Positions 24,265-37,302 of a stretch of 64,000 nucleotides of DNA are shown here, piece by piece; within the stretch, counting starts at the first letter, position 1; every line of letters starts with the position of its first letter. The stretch is taken from the NCBI GenBank assembly GCA_964187785.1, contig OZ076409.1, positions 65,908,001-65,972,000 of the forward strand, read 5' to 3'. A program made the position numbers and the translations under genes. The DNA comes from Amphiscolops sp. MND2022. Taxonomy: Eukaryota. Under the pieces are notes generated by a model, which saw only the letters and a list, made by a program, of their open reading frames with translations, was not told the DNA's origin and did no database searches.

Positions 24265-27200
24265 AATTACTGTCCAAAATTGCCAGAAACTGGAACATTT
24301 TTGTAATGTCCCACGTATTTGGCGTCTTTTTTGAGGCTTTTTCGAAACGTTTTCGATTTTAATATATTCCGCCCTTATTCCATATGGAAAAGGAAAATAC
24401 TCAAATCGGCTACGTTTTTTTCACAAAAAATTCTAAATTCGTAACCAAGTTACCAGGGTTCACCCATAGAGTTCAACTGACGTACTTTTAGTTCCGTGCA
24501 AAATGTAATAAAAAATAAATTTGTCAAGTTTTTAATTCACCCCAAAAGCCCCAAAATGGCCCAACAACGACCGCAAAAAAGATCAAAACTTCAAAACTTT
24601 GCATGTTTTCAAACATTTTTTGCAAGTTTTCAATCGACTTGGTGGCTTGGAGAGGTAAAAACGTTCAACAAGGATAAACTCGTTGTCCATGAGGCTTTTT
24701 CGAAACAATTAAAGCACATTTTTATGCAATCCAAGTCAACATTGCACTAGAACTTCTTCGATCGAAACATGTAACACGTTCAATGAATAAAATTCCTTGT
24801 CTAATTGACATATGTGAAGAGATAAATGCATTTGTTTCATAGAAAAAAGCCTCGAACTGACACAAAAAACCCTAAATTTTATATTTTGGTAGTTTTTCAT
24901 ACAACTTGTGTGCATTTTCCGAGGGTTTCGTTAGATTAGGGGTTCTAAACGTTCAAGAACGAAAAAACCAGCCAAGAAATTTGCGTTTAAGAAAGGAAAT
25001 TGACACTTTTTTTCAAGAAACGTCGTGGATAAAAGTATAGAAACCGTTCAATGAAAAAACTTTGCTGTCCACGAGACTGTTGTGAAGAGTTGAATGCATT
25101 TGTTTGATTAAACAAGCCTAAAACTGGACTGACACTAAAATAACAAGAAACAATATATTCTAAATTTGTCATTTTTTAATAAAATATTGTACAATTTCCG
25201 AGGGTTTGTTAGGTTAGAGGGTTCTAAACGTTCAAAGATATAAAATGCAGATTTTTTGTTCCAACACTTTTAAGATTGACTTCAATTTAGATTGTTTCGA
25301 GTCATAGTTTTCATTGTACACTTTGTGAACGTATTGAAACTTTTCGTTTTAGAATGTTGAAAACGTTCTAAAATGAATTAAACTGTTCTCAAGAAGGCTT
25401 TCAGACGAGAAAGAGATATCCGCATGTTCATGTCAGAAAATCCCGAAATTGGCCGCAAAAAAGTCAATAAAATCCAATTTGATGTCTAGAAGTAGATTTT
25501 TGTGCAATTTTGGATGTTATTACATCTTTTAGATACCTAATTAAGCTCCAAACGAAATGTCTAGCCAGTCAGAACGCTTTTCATGGAATTTTCATAGGAA
25601 AACTAGTGCGACAAAGCGACCAAAACAGTCGACTACGTATCGATAGTTTTGGTTTTTAATGTTTATAGAATTGTCGAGAGGTTTCGTGTGCTAGAGAAAT
25701 AAAAACATTCATTACCAAAACAAAGCAATACCTAGTGGGCTCTTTGAAGAAAAAGCTATTTCTTTTCTACAAAAGTGTCCGAAAATGACTTCAAACTAGT
25801 CGAAAACTTCAGTTTTTTTCAATTTTTGATAATTTATTGATTTTTCGTTAAAAACTAGAACACGCTGTTGCGGTAAAAACTTCGAGAAGATCAAATATGT
25901 TTGCAGCACGCTTTCAGAAGAAAAATATGCAGTTTTTCGGAAAAATACCCTAGAATGACGTGAATTTCAAAAGTTTTTGGCGTTTTGTTGCAACTTCTTT
26001 GTAACATTTTTGAGCTATTTCGTGGTTTTTATTAGTTACTGGTTTAAGTACTCAACATGATCGAACCCGGTACCCTGTAGTTGTCTTTGAAAGTACAAAT
26101 GCAATTAATGTGTTATAACTGTTCTCAAAAACACCCAAAAACCAAAAACGGCAAGAAATCTTGTAAATCGACAAGTTATTAAAGAATTTAATGAAAAATG
26201 GTTTTCGAGCATTATGAGCGTCGTTTCAGATACTTTTTGCATTGCAAGTTCAATAAAAAGTAATCACAAAAGAGTCATTCAGCATTGTTAGAACACTTTG
26301 CTCTGATTGAACATTAGGCAGGACGTCAAAAAATTGTCCAAAACTGCCGTTTAGTTGCAAAAAATTGGACAATTTTTGTAATGTCTCACTCATTCAATTC
26401 AATTTGAAGCTCTTCTTTCAGACATTCAGGTTAACGCTCCGGTTAACTATAGCTAGTATTAACAATTGGCGCAAAATTAAAAGTATTAGTTAGATTTTAT
26501 TTTTTCGACCATATTTTACATGGGAAAGAAACTACTTGAATCAGTCGCGTTTTTTTTTCACAAATTGTTCGAAATTTATATCCTCTATATTCAAGTTAAA
26601 AACTTTCGCCCATGGAATGCAACTGACTTTAGTTTGGTGTCATGCGATATGTATTAATAGATATTTTTGAATTTTTTTGAATAACACCTAAGAGCCAGAA
26701 TGACCCCATAACGACCGCAAAAAACACCAAAATTTCTCAACACTTTGATTAGGTTTTGCAATTTTTGTTAAAGTTTCGATATACTGTGTGGCCTAAAGAG
26801 ATAAAAACGTTCAACAAAGAAGAATTCTTTGTCCAGGAGATTTTTTTAGATAATTTAGAACCGTTTTTTATTATAAAAATGTCCCAAATTCAGACTGAAC
26901 TTAAGAAACTTCAAAAACTCTCGTTTTTTAAATTTTTTTTGCAATCATTGTCAACTTTTTGATAGATTTTTTTTCGATGAAACATTGAATAACAATCATT
27001 GAAAAAAAATTGTCGTCCAGTAGTCTTTTGTGAAGAGATAAATGCGTTTATTCGATAGAAAAAAAGCCTCAAATAGACACTAAGTAACAAAAAAAAACAA
27101 AAAATTTTCAATATTGTCTCGTTTCATACAATTTGCGAGAGTTTTGTAATGTCGGAGGGATCAAAATGTTTAGGGACGAAAAGACTAGCTATGCAGTACA

Positions 27201-28650
27201 CCTTTTGAAACGAAACTTCCAAAACATTTCCGGTTGACTCCGAAAGAGACAGATAATAGGGGAAGTTGGTTTTTTGTACTAGGTTTTACTTTAGTTTTTG
27301 AATTTTCTAAAAACTTTTGGAATATTGAAAACTTTCAATAATAAACGAATCTATCCCAAGTATGTTTTTTAGGAAAGGTCTGCATACTTTGATTAAAAAA
27401 GTCAGAGAATCTCTAAATTAACCACGAAAAAGCAAATGAAATCAAATTCTAGTTTTTAAAATAGAATTTTGTGGAATTCTGTATAAAGTTTCAGAAACAA
27501 TATGCAGCTACTTAGATCCAAGCGAAACATCTAGCCATGCAGTACGCTTTTCATTCGAAAAGTGTAATTTTTCCAGAAAAGAAGTTCGACAGATCGACCA
27601 AAACTGTTGACCACGTTTTGACAGTTTTGTTTCGTAATGTTTGGAAATTTGTCGAGAGGTTTCGTGTGTTAGAGGAATTAAAACATTCAACTACGAAAAG
27701 CCGCAGTATCAAGTGGGCTCTCTGCAAACAAATGCAGTTTCTTTACACCAAAGTGTCTAAATTGATTTAAAACTAGTCCTGATTATCAAAATTTTCAAGT
27801 TTTTTGTAAAATAAGTGGTTTTTGTTTCGAATTTAGATTACAGTATTGAGTAAAAAATTCGACATGATCAACTATGTCAGCAGATTTTAAACGAAAAATG
27901 TGCAGTTTTCGTACAAAAATATGTCAGAATAACGCCAAATTCAATAAACGTTAGGTTTTTGACAATTTTTTGCAGCTTTCTCGTACGATTTTTCAGCTAG
28001 TTCGCTGCATACAAAAGTTTCAATATTCAACAACGACCAAGACGGTATTCAGTAGTCGTTTCTGAAAATGTAAATACAATTTTTGCTAGAATCGGCCTCA
28101 TAAGCACCCAAAAAACGACAAAAAATCAAGTTTTTAACGAATTAGGGCCACTTTTTGGTCACAAAATTTTTTGTGCAAAAAAGAACTTCCGAATTCTTTC
28201 CCAACATTTTACGCATGTTTTCCTGAATTAGAAAAAGCATAGGATGATAATAGAAACATGTAGTCACCAATACGGGTTTGAAAAAAAATTGTGCTGCTGC
28301 AAAAAAAACAGAAATTAGCAGTATGCCTTTCAAAGAAAAGTATTGCAATTTTTCTGGTAGAAATACCCCTGAAAATTCAAAAGCGTTTAACGTTTTCATA
28401 TAATTTGTTTTAAAAATATCGAGCTAATTTGTGGCTAAGACTGGTATGAGTAATTAGCATCAACTGAATCCTTTCGGTATCCAGTAGGGCTTTTGGAAGA
28501 GATATGTGCAGTTTCTTGTTTGAAAAGTGCTTCAAAAGACCAAAGGAAAGGAAAGCATCATTCTCTTTATTTTTGAATTACAAAGTGACTTTATGTGGTT
28601 CAAAACGTATAAAACTTGTTAAGTTAGGTGCTGATATTCACTTGATTCGA
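24265..28650. repeat. Old, diverged ~2-kb tandem duplication built from shorter subrepeats
   Basis: Colinear anchors offset by ~2.0-2.15 kb: ACGACCGCAAAAAA (24567/26711), CGACCAAAAC (~25617/~27595), TTGTCGAGAGGTTTCGTGTG (~25671/~27649), AAAACGTTCAACAA (~24657/~26804). Internal repeats such as TTCCGAGGGTTT...GGTTCTAAACGTTCAA occur at ~24917 and ~25196. Confidence 0.7.
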
Positions 28651-30464
28651 CAACAAAACAATTTGGTACTTGTCGCATTCTTAAATCATGTGTTTCCGTT
28701 GAAAAATGGATAAGTTGAATCAAAATGCGTCGAAACGTTCTTTTTTTCGAACTTCTATGCGTTTTCATAGTGCATTCGCTACTCTTGAGCCTCACAATTA
28801 TGTCGTACTAGAACAAATTGGGGCAGAAAATATCCTGCTGGCTGGTCACCGGGCGTCTTGTTTTACATTTCATTGAAATTCAATTAGTATCTATGGTGTA
28901 AATAATAAAGATATGTCTAAAAGTGCCGAAAAAGCGTTGTGAACCAAACCGATGTAATTTCTGTGGAGAAAGGTCGAAACGAGCAGCATGTTCATCGAAT
29001 CCTAAGGACATCCTCTGTAGTTTACTGAGACTTCTGCAGTTTCTTTTTTGTTAACGGAGTAAAACTTTTCAAACAGTTAACAAATTATTAGCCGAACAAT
29101 CGGTTAACAGGGTAAATGGTCCAGGATCTATGGGTTATTGAAATCTAAAACTTATATTTAGGTGCTTCTTGGAGAACAAAATTTAAAACATTATTTCATT
29201 TTCATTCTAGTACTTTCTAAAACTAATTTATTGAATTTTGTTCACTGGAAAATCAAATAGTTTTTTCAAGAAGTTGAATAGAAACACGGGAATGTGGATA
29301 AAGATTTTTTTGACAGAACATCGGATGCTTTTGATTGAAAATGTGACCGCTTAGAGAGCTTCGCTTGATTGCAAAATGGTGACGGTTTTCAGAGCAAATT
29401 AATTCCACGAAAGTTTACCAATGAAATGTTTCTACTGTTCATTGAACAGTGCGTTTTGCAAATTTCAAATAAACGAAAATGAAGAATGAGATTGAGTTTT
29501 TTTTTTAAAAAATCATCAAAACTCACCCGATGGGAAGAGAAATGAAACGTCTCAGAGTAATAATGTTGTGGGAATGAAAATTGGGCTACCAATGAGGTAT
29601 CATTTTTTGAAGATAAATCTGAAATATTCAGTTGAAAGCAATGTTTAGGCAGTCGCTTATTCTCTAATTACCAAATAAATGAGCATATAAAAGTCAAACT
29701 CGTTTAATAATAGCCTTTTTGGGGCCAATTTATTGGAAGGGCTAACAAGATCAGAAAATATCAATTAACAAGATTTGACTAGCAGATTTGTAAGCTTCGA
29801 TGCTATTTTTTCGTTGGTTGCTACGGCATCAGATTATGAAATTTGTTCAATTCCTATCAAAAATACCTAAAAACTGTTAAACATTTAAATATACGTAGAA
29901 GTTGCAATTTGAAAGTTCTTTAGGGCAGATTGACTGCGAATATACTTTTTTAGGTTTCAATTTGATTCATTAAAACATGACCCCAAAACTCAAAATCATA
30001 AGCGACGCAAAATTTTGTTGCCAGCTCAAGAAATCAATCGTTAAGAAAAAAATTAGGAGACTTTACTTCAAATACGTCGAAATGTCGAACAAAAGATGGC
30101 TTCAAAAGTTTTAAAATTGTGCTTTGTTGAAATTTTCCTCAGGAACTGATAAGAAACCTGATAAAAATTGATCACATTATTTCGATTGTTTTCTTAAAAG
30201 TCGCTATCGTAAGGTTAACAAAAAAAACAATTCGCTTGTTTGCAAAACTATGGTATCATGATTAACTATGAAAAAAAGAATTCACATAGGGTTTTCGAGG
30301 CTTTCTTGAGAACAATTAGGGCTGAAATTTAGTTGTCTCCTTTGCAAACAAGAAATACAGCTGCATTACTGCTTTTGTTTACCCTAATTTCTATTTATTC
30401 ATGACGAGAAGGTGGAGTCTAATGGAGTTTTCAAACAGAAGGTCAGTAATACAAAATATAAATT

Positions 30465-30746
30465 CATCATGATGCATCCCCTAGCTTGACCATCATGGCG
30501 GATTCTCGGCTTCTCATCCATGATCATGGCTTTTTCATGGCATCATATTCTAATCATGGCTAGTTAGTTATCCATGGTCATTTTCATTATATTCAAATCA
30601 TGGCTTATCCATGATTATCCATGAATCATGAATAAATCTTTCTATGGAAATATATTTTTTCATGATCATGAAATGATTCTTGACATGGCAAAACCCTAAA
30701 TCATGGATGAATCCGGGATGGAAAACCATGGACCGTAAACCAAGGC
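30465..30746 (-). repeat. CATG-rich dispersed repeat (MITE-like)
   Basis: Dense CATG/CATGATCATG modules; inverted homologue of 5911-6290. Confidence 0.55.
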
Positions 30747-30999
30747 CTAGTCAGCGCTTTCAGAGTAGTTTTGTATGTCATTTAAATAATGGAAAATAAC
30801 TTCTATCCAACATCTACGCGATGTGAAGAAACTAATAATTTCGCTTTATGTCGGAATCGACCATCTAGAACAATTCCAAGTCGCGAACAGAGTAAAATTA
30901 ATTATTATTGGAAAAAACTTCATAGATGCGTAAGTAGTCTTTTTAAAGCAGTACAAGGACTGCAAATTATGTGAATCGCAAATTGAAAGACGATGGTTT

Positions 31000-31350
31000 T
31001 GGGTTTTTAGATGCAAGTTCAAAAACTTTTTGGTAGTTGAACTTACATTAGCAAATGAAAATTTCCTGACTTTCCTTTGCAAAATGCTAACAAACCTGTA
31101 GAATTTCGTTTCATCTGAAATGACTAGATTGACTTTTGCATAGAAAATTTTATTACAGCAGATTAGTTTTTTCAATTTGTGATAATAATTAAAAGTTTGA
31201 CCTGCTCTAAATTGACCTCAAGTAACAGAAATCGAGTAGAATACTTCCAGTTGAATAGGCTGAGATGTAAATTGGATTTCTCAAACCATAAACAAATTGA
31301 ATGAAACCAAGTGTGAACGCAACCACCAAAAGGGTGAACAAGTTCCTGGT
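31000..31350 (-). pseudogene. Degenerate LINE ORF2 C-terminal relic
   Basis: 'LLEVNLEQVKL...KKLICCNKIFYAKVNL...KFYRFVSILQ' loosely follows the LINE pattern YLGVxLDxxL...KL...FY...LQYG. Confidence 0.3.
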
Positions 31351-32799
31351 TCAAACCGCTTCAAATTTCGACCACGCTTCATCGGATTTTTTTCATTTTC
31401 TTTCTCTAGAGAAAATAACTATCGTCCAGACAGAATTTTAAAGTGCAAGACACAAGAATTAAGTATCAGTTTTAAATTTTTGATGCACTTTGTGAAACTG
31501 TTCTCGACAACTGAGCTAGAAAATATGAGACTACTGCAAGTTTTCTGAGTCTTTTTTTCACGCACCGATAAATTGCCAGAAGCGAATCAACATGAGACTG
31601 TTGCCGGAAAGTTTTGTTTCATATTCACGGCTAATGTGAACTCTGTCCGAGGATAGCAAATAGTCTTATTGGCTCCAGGAGCAATTGTGCTAGCATTCGG
31701 TTGAGCAGTTTCTGTGGCAACTTTCACTGCACTATGTAAGCAAATTGACATTTTTGCACGAGCTTGACAGAATTCAAGACATACTGTGAACTTGAGCTTA
31801 CCAACTCATGATCTGTTAAGATGAATTTTCGACAAGAATAGAAAAACCAGTTTACAGAAACGTTTGCAACAAAGTGACCAAGGCAAGCTTATAAGTAAAA
31901 AATTTATATTCTTTTTGAAAAATTTGAGTTCTAAAGAACCCAAAGATTATTTGCAAAAGATTTCAGTTTTCCGAAAGATTTAAGAGTACATAAGTGGTGT
32001 CCTAACGTTGAGTGCAAGCTACCTCTCTCAGGCAGAGGTGAATAAGACCCAAGCAACATTTGCAATTTTGGTTTTCGTTTCTAACCAAAAAACACCTTCC
32101 TGCATTCTTATCTGGCATGTTTTTTCCAACATTTTTCACAGTTCTCCGAAGATAATGAATTGAGCCTAGAGACAAGTCTTTTTGTTATCATATTTTCACT
32201 AATTTTCTGAAAAAATTTTGGTGGTGGTGGGGAGTCAGAAAAGAGTCGAGAGTTAGGCAATATGGTTACGCAGATCTAGTGGGTAAGCAAGAGATCATGT
32301 ATTCCTGTCTCACTGAAGTCCTATAATTTTTTCAAGTGTAAAGTCCTAAAATGAGTTTTTCGAATCATTTTTTGTTGTCATTGAAAATGAAATATTTTAC
32401 TTTTATTGAGCGTGCTTTTGAAAAAAACACTTTGCATAATGTCTCCAAAAAATTGGAAAATTGCCGAAGAAAAGTGCGAAACGGACTAATGCTGAACAAT
32501 TGTATTTTTCAAACGAAACTTCATTGTTCCGGTTCTCAGATAATCTTATTAAACGATAAAAATGAGCTATATCCGAATCGTTGACGTTATTGACGTTTTT
32601 CAGAATATAGGTGTGAGTTCAAATCTAACCCGAAAACTCTAATCTTTTTCCAATTGAGCTATACTAATCCCATTCTCCGGTATAGAAGAAAGTTTATTTG
32701 ATTAGCTGCATACGAGTATCAAAATAGTATACAGTATAGAAACGGTATTATAGCATCTAAAAAAAACAGAGTTAGTACAGCTCGTCCAGTTGAAATTTC

Positions 32800-33480
32800 G
32801 ACAGTTTGGCTACACAAACTATAGTTAGGTTCTTTTTCGATTTTCAGTTAATATGTTCAAGTTAGAGGGAAGCAGATCCAATCTGGTTAGTCAATATTTT
32901 CCCAATACCATAGTTCATGGAATCATAATCCACGATAATTTTGACAAGTAAGAGAATTTGTACATCAGAAACTCTTCAACCTATGTGCTAGGTAGCTGAT
33001 ATGTTCACGAAATTTCAGCTGTGTCAAATAAATTCCTGAAAACTGGCAGAGTATCACGTATTAAGTTTATGATGTATGTCAATTGATCGCAGTTTTTAAA
33101 CATGGAGGTTGGTAATTTCCGAAAGGAATAGTTTCACAGTTCAAAATGTCGTTAGAAAGTTTGTTGCATGGAACTCAATGGACAGTTTTATTTGTATAGT
33201 TTTGGAACGCCAGTAGAATACATTTCCGGCCAGGAACAAAACAGTATCGGCTGCAAACTGCGATTCCACTTGCAAAGATACAGCGGATCGTCATTGAAAG
33301 GAATTAGAAAAAGGAAGGTCCCTAAGATGGAATCTTGACCTTCGAAGATAATGACAGGAAGATTTTTTGGTGATTGGTTCTTCATCAGATAGAAATTGCT
33401 ATCTTTTCGTTAAATAGTCACTCATGATATGGAATGTAGGTCCTTTGAACCCTCATTTGACAACTTTTACAGCGATTGAA
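32800..33480 (-). pseudogene. Degenerate non-LTR retrotransposon (CR1/L2-like) RT
   Basis: ORF 33188-33385 'EGQDSILGTFLFLIPFNDDP' corresponds to PQGSILGPxLFLxxxNDLP. A decayed FADDT-like motif and 'LKFREHI' follow in shifted frames. Confidence 0.65.
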
Positions 33481-34567
33481 AAAAACTCCAAGTATTCAAA
33501 AATTTCGTGAGATCAATGAACAAAGCCTGAACCCGTAAACTTTCAGTCAACATCATCTTGTTCGATGTCAGGTTTGCGCATACTGCATAAACAGTTATAT
33601 AGTTCGAGCGGAAATTTGAATCTTACAGGTCATTCCTACGAAATCATTCCTAGCAAAAAAACAACCATTCTGTTGTTTGAGAGTTTCTTTGAAGATCGTA
33701 ATCAGTTGAGAAATTGCATTGTGATTTTCCGGATCAGTAAAATCACCTACTTTGTGGAACGCAAATGCTTTTGCTAGATAAAAAGGTTTCTGGATACACC
33801 TGAACTATCCAAAAGAGGTCTATCAAAAGTTCTCCAGTTTCAAGGAACTTCTCAACGTTTCTTGGCCTCAATTTGCAGAACTATGAGGCAGACTAAAGGG
33901 TCTTCTCTTTGGAACGTTTTGGCACAATGCTCCTTTTGTTGACGTTTTTTCAACTGCAAACTCTTTTCATCACTTTTCAGCAGAAACATAGCGTTTTTCG
34001 AACATAAATGGCCACTTTTAGGCTTTTCAGCACGGCGAGAAAACTGAAGAAAAAAAGTTCGTAAAAAATGTTTTGAAAAATATTCCAAGCTTCTTTCACA
34101 ATTTTTGGTGTTTCAATGCTCTTCATGAAGTAGATTCCCGAATCTTCAGGGTATCGTCTTTGGTATTTTTTCAAAGTAGCACTGAGAAATTGAAACAAGT
34201 TCGATACTAGTGTCCTTTGCATACTCAAGAAACGGCTTCTTCAAATTGAAGTTATAAAGTTGATGTTGATAGGTGCTGCATAGATACCTTCCGGTTTCAG
34301 GAGCGGTTGACAAGGTTAGAAAAATTCTGTGTAGGCAGTTACATTCACATAATCGAACTAAATCTTGAACAAACCTTCTGTTCATGCCTACATTTTTCAA
34401 CTGGAACGTTGTGAAAAAGAAGGGAAAACTCGATGCATAACGCTCCTGCTGCAGTACCCTCTTGACGAAATACCCCACCTTCTTTGAAAGTTGATTAACT
34501 TCTTTGTCTTTTCTGGCGCGCTTTCTGAAGATCATTTTGAATATGTTGCGGTAACTTCCATATTCAA

Positions 34568-35683
34568 TTTTTAGTCGGCGCAATTTACGTTGATCTTTTT
34601 AGTCGGCGCCTTCGCCCTTAAGGAAAAAAGCCCGACTATTACAGTGGGTAGTTTTTTTTCAGTTGACAATCTCACTCTTATTGGTCAATTTTTTTTACAA
34701 TTTTCATGATCCATGAATTTTAGCAATGAATGAATGAATTATTTATTAGTTTGTTACCCGAGGGCGTACAAATTACAAACAATAAAGAAGATGATACTTA
34801 GATAGTACTAGATGTATAAGCTTTACAGGTAATACCGCATAGGGCGGCAAGCCAAATTATAAACAATTGCACAAAAGCTTTCAAGTATTTTCAATTCATC
34901 GAAGAAACTGAACGGGACCAAAGGTTACTTCCTCAGAGTATTTTCGTCTCGGAGACTTTTTTCCAAAGGTTCCCCTCTTCAAATTTCTTGGTGTTTTCCG
35001 ACAGAATTTCCCTTTCATCAAAGGGCAACAGAATGGATGAAATATCTCAGAGTGTCCCCTGGTGCGACAATTCGGGCCAACTTTTGTTTGAGTTTTCCAG
35101 GAACTGTAGAGATTACTTGACACTTTGAAGTCCTTTTGTATGGCACCGACTTGGGCCGTTCCCGGCTTGTTTTTTCTTCAGACCACAGACCTCACATTGA
35201 TCGGTCCACGTTTTACACAAACTACTAAAACTACTCAGGCCGTGTCCGGCCAATGCAAACTTAGTGCAAAGGGTCCTCCCTTTCATAATTTACTTCTTTA
35301 ACGTAACCTACAAAACCGGACGAGACTAAAAATTCTTTCGATTTTTTTTGGTACTGTGCGACTTTTTTCGAATTTTTTTGTCTGCAAAGGGTCCCATCTT
35401 CGAGTTTTTTGATATTTTGCAACAGAATGTATGGTAATAATTCTCAAAGAATCATCTTTTTACATTTTTCGGCACTTCGCGACATTTTCCGAAAGAAAAA
35501 AATCCAGTTTTTTCCAAAAAAAAATGTTTTGTTCCCAGTTGGGGAAAAGTGGTTTACAAGTCTTATCCAGCTTGAAAGGCACCCTTTCTGAGCTTTTCAT
35601 AAACACGTCCTGGGCATATTTTAAAAACTTTGCGCTTTTTGAGCCTTAGATATAGCTCCGACTTTAGACGTTCTCGTCTTGTT
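34568..35683 (+). mobile_element. Nested or mosaic HINE family A cluster with two 5' ends and two 3' ends
   Basis: TTTTTAGTCGGCGC at 34568 and 34596. 3' ends are GCACCGACTTG-GGCCGTTCCCGGCT-TGTT at 35171 and CCGACTTT-AGACGTTCTCGTCT-TGTT at 35683. Confidence 0.8.
34725..34865 (-). mobile_element. Probable 5'-truncated LINE/SINE 3' tail inserted in the HINE cluster
   Basis: Minus strand ends ...AATAAATAATTCATTCATTCATT (polyadenylation signal plus (ATTC)n tail). The segment is absent from the other HINE copies. Confidence 0.5.
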
Positions 35684-36517
35684 GATATAACAGTTCGTTG
35701 GGATATAATGTCGACAACGATATATTTAACTTGTATGCACGCTATTTCTGAGATATGCAAAATGACTCCAGAGACTTTCGAACACCCATAGAAAAATTAT
35801 ATATTCTTTCTTGTCTCAAACTGTCCTATAAAGTCGGAATAAATTGATGACACCTGCAAAATTTTCAAAAAGTTGGTTTGTTACAGGCTTATAATTGGTT
35901 GATCTCAAGGTCGCTTTTTTGGCCCCCGGGGTTTGCCTTTTTGGCGGTGGAAAAAATGTCCCCAGCAGTCATGCAAGTAATTTGCTGAGAAAAAAAACAG
36001 AAGATTAAAAATGGTAAATTCCTTGCTATTAATCCACCCCCGCTGTTTCAATTTTCCCATGCAATTGCCTAGTCAATGGGAGCTGGTTCAACAGTGCAAA
36101 CTTAATTATAAATAAATAGTTAGTGGAATGGTCTCTGTTGAGTGTTCAAATGATCTTATTTCAGCCAAGTAATTTTCAGCACCTGTGTAATTCTGCCTGC
36201 CTGCTATTTGAATACATAGCTGGAAATGGAGGCGTGGATACTTTTTCTGCTATTATTGTATCATGAAAGAAAAAAGAAGAAAGTTTATTTTCCCAATTCC
36301 GCGGGGTGGACGCCGAATAAGCAGTTCTGATTTTCCAAGTCGCCGCCACTCTGTCATAAAGGTCTAACGTATTATGAAGTATTACACTGTAACTATAAAA
36401 GTGAAACATTTCAAGTAATTATATAACTAAAAGAGATATAATATGCGTAAAACTGAAAATTTTACGCATCAATTAAGGAAATTTAATCCATAATTAGCAC
36501 TGGATAATCCCTGAGGG

Positions 36518-36650
36518 TAATCTGTACATATTCGACGAGTTCGCACTCAATTATTATTCGACGAGTTAATTGTCGACCAGTTTTCCGTCCTTTAATTTCG
36601 ACGAATTGTTTTCGACGAGTTGCATTCGGCGAGTTGTTTTCGCCAAATCG
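36518..36650 (+). repeat. One-armed MITE remnant with ~15-bp TTCGACGAGTT repeats
   Basis: Six to seven degenerate TTCGACGAGTT/TTCGGCGAGTT modules. No inverted arm found. Confidence 0.5.
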
Positions 36651-36658
36651 GATTTGAC

Positions 36659-37177
36659 TTTTTTAGTCGGCGCTTTTCGAAGAAAAACGCAGACTATAGA
36701 CGAACTGACAGATTTTATAAATTTTATAAGTTGGCACTAACACTAAACCGGCACTAACACTAAACCGTGTCACACAATTTCACTGCCACTTGGCCACTAC
36801 GGCTTTTTCGAGGTCTGACAAGCAGAAGGACATGGGTTCGAGTCCCGCCATGACCAAAAATTTTTTGTGCAAATTTTTTCTCGGCTTTGTGAGACTTTTT
36901 TCGCAAATGTCTCCAAAGGGTCCCCCTTCATTTTTTTGTCTATTTTGCAAAAAAATGGATGTTAAAAAACTCCCAAAGGGCCCCATTTTACATGTTTCGG
37001 CACTATGCGACTTACGGGTGACCAAAAAAATTTTTGAAAAATTTCAAAAAAAAATCGGAATTTTTTTCAATTTTTCCTCAAACGGGTACTGTAGAAGAGA
37101 AAACTTGACACTTTGAAGTCCTTTTGTTATTTTTGAGCCTTAGATATGGCGCCGACTTGGGCCGTTCCCGGCTTGTT
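36659..37177 (+). mobile_element. HINE family A full-length variant with embedded tRNA-like module
   Basis: 5' TTTTTTAGTCGGCGC; 17-bp tandem GGCACTAACACTAAACC x2 (36733-36766); tRNA-like segment 36790-36856; 3' GCGCCGACTTG-GGCCGTTCCCGGCT-TGTT. Confidence 0.9.
36790..36856 (+). pseudogene. tRNA-like module (T-arm/B-box) inside HINE
   Basis: TCTG-ACAAG-CAGA stem-loop, AGGAC variable loop, ATGGG-TTCGAGT-CCCGC T arm with B-box GGTTCGAGTCC, ending ...GACCA. D arm is degenerate. Confidence 0.55.
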
Positions 37178-37238
37178 ATAAATCGGATTGACCACTTTCT
37201 ATAAAACTTATAAGTTTCAGTAAAGAAATGAATATGAA

Positions 37239-37302
37239 GGTTGTTGGCCTAGTGTTTATTAGATCGTGAGCGCTCCACGGGTTCAATTTCCACTCGAAAC
37301 CA
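37239..37302 (+). pseudogene. Degenerate tRNA-like / SINE head
   Basis: A-box-like TGGCCTAGTG and B-box-like GGTTCAATTTCC with tRNA-like spacing, ending ...AACCA. Confidence 0.35.

Noticed and set aside
31560..31740. Possible minus-strand host exon
   Set aside because: Short, no recognisable domain and no partner exons; cannot be supported without transcript data.
36645..37192. AAATCGGATT(T)GAC on both sides of the HINE at 36659 as a TSD
   Set aside because: The match is imperfect and offset and the motif recurs at ~37391, so it is more likely a pre-existing repeat of the target.
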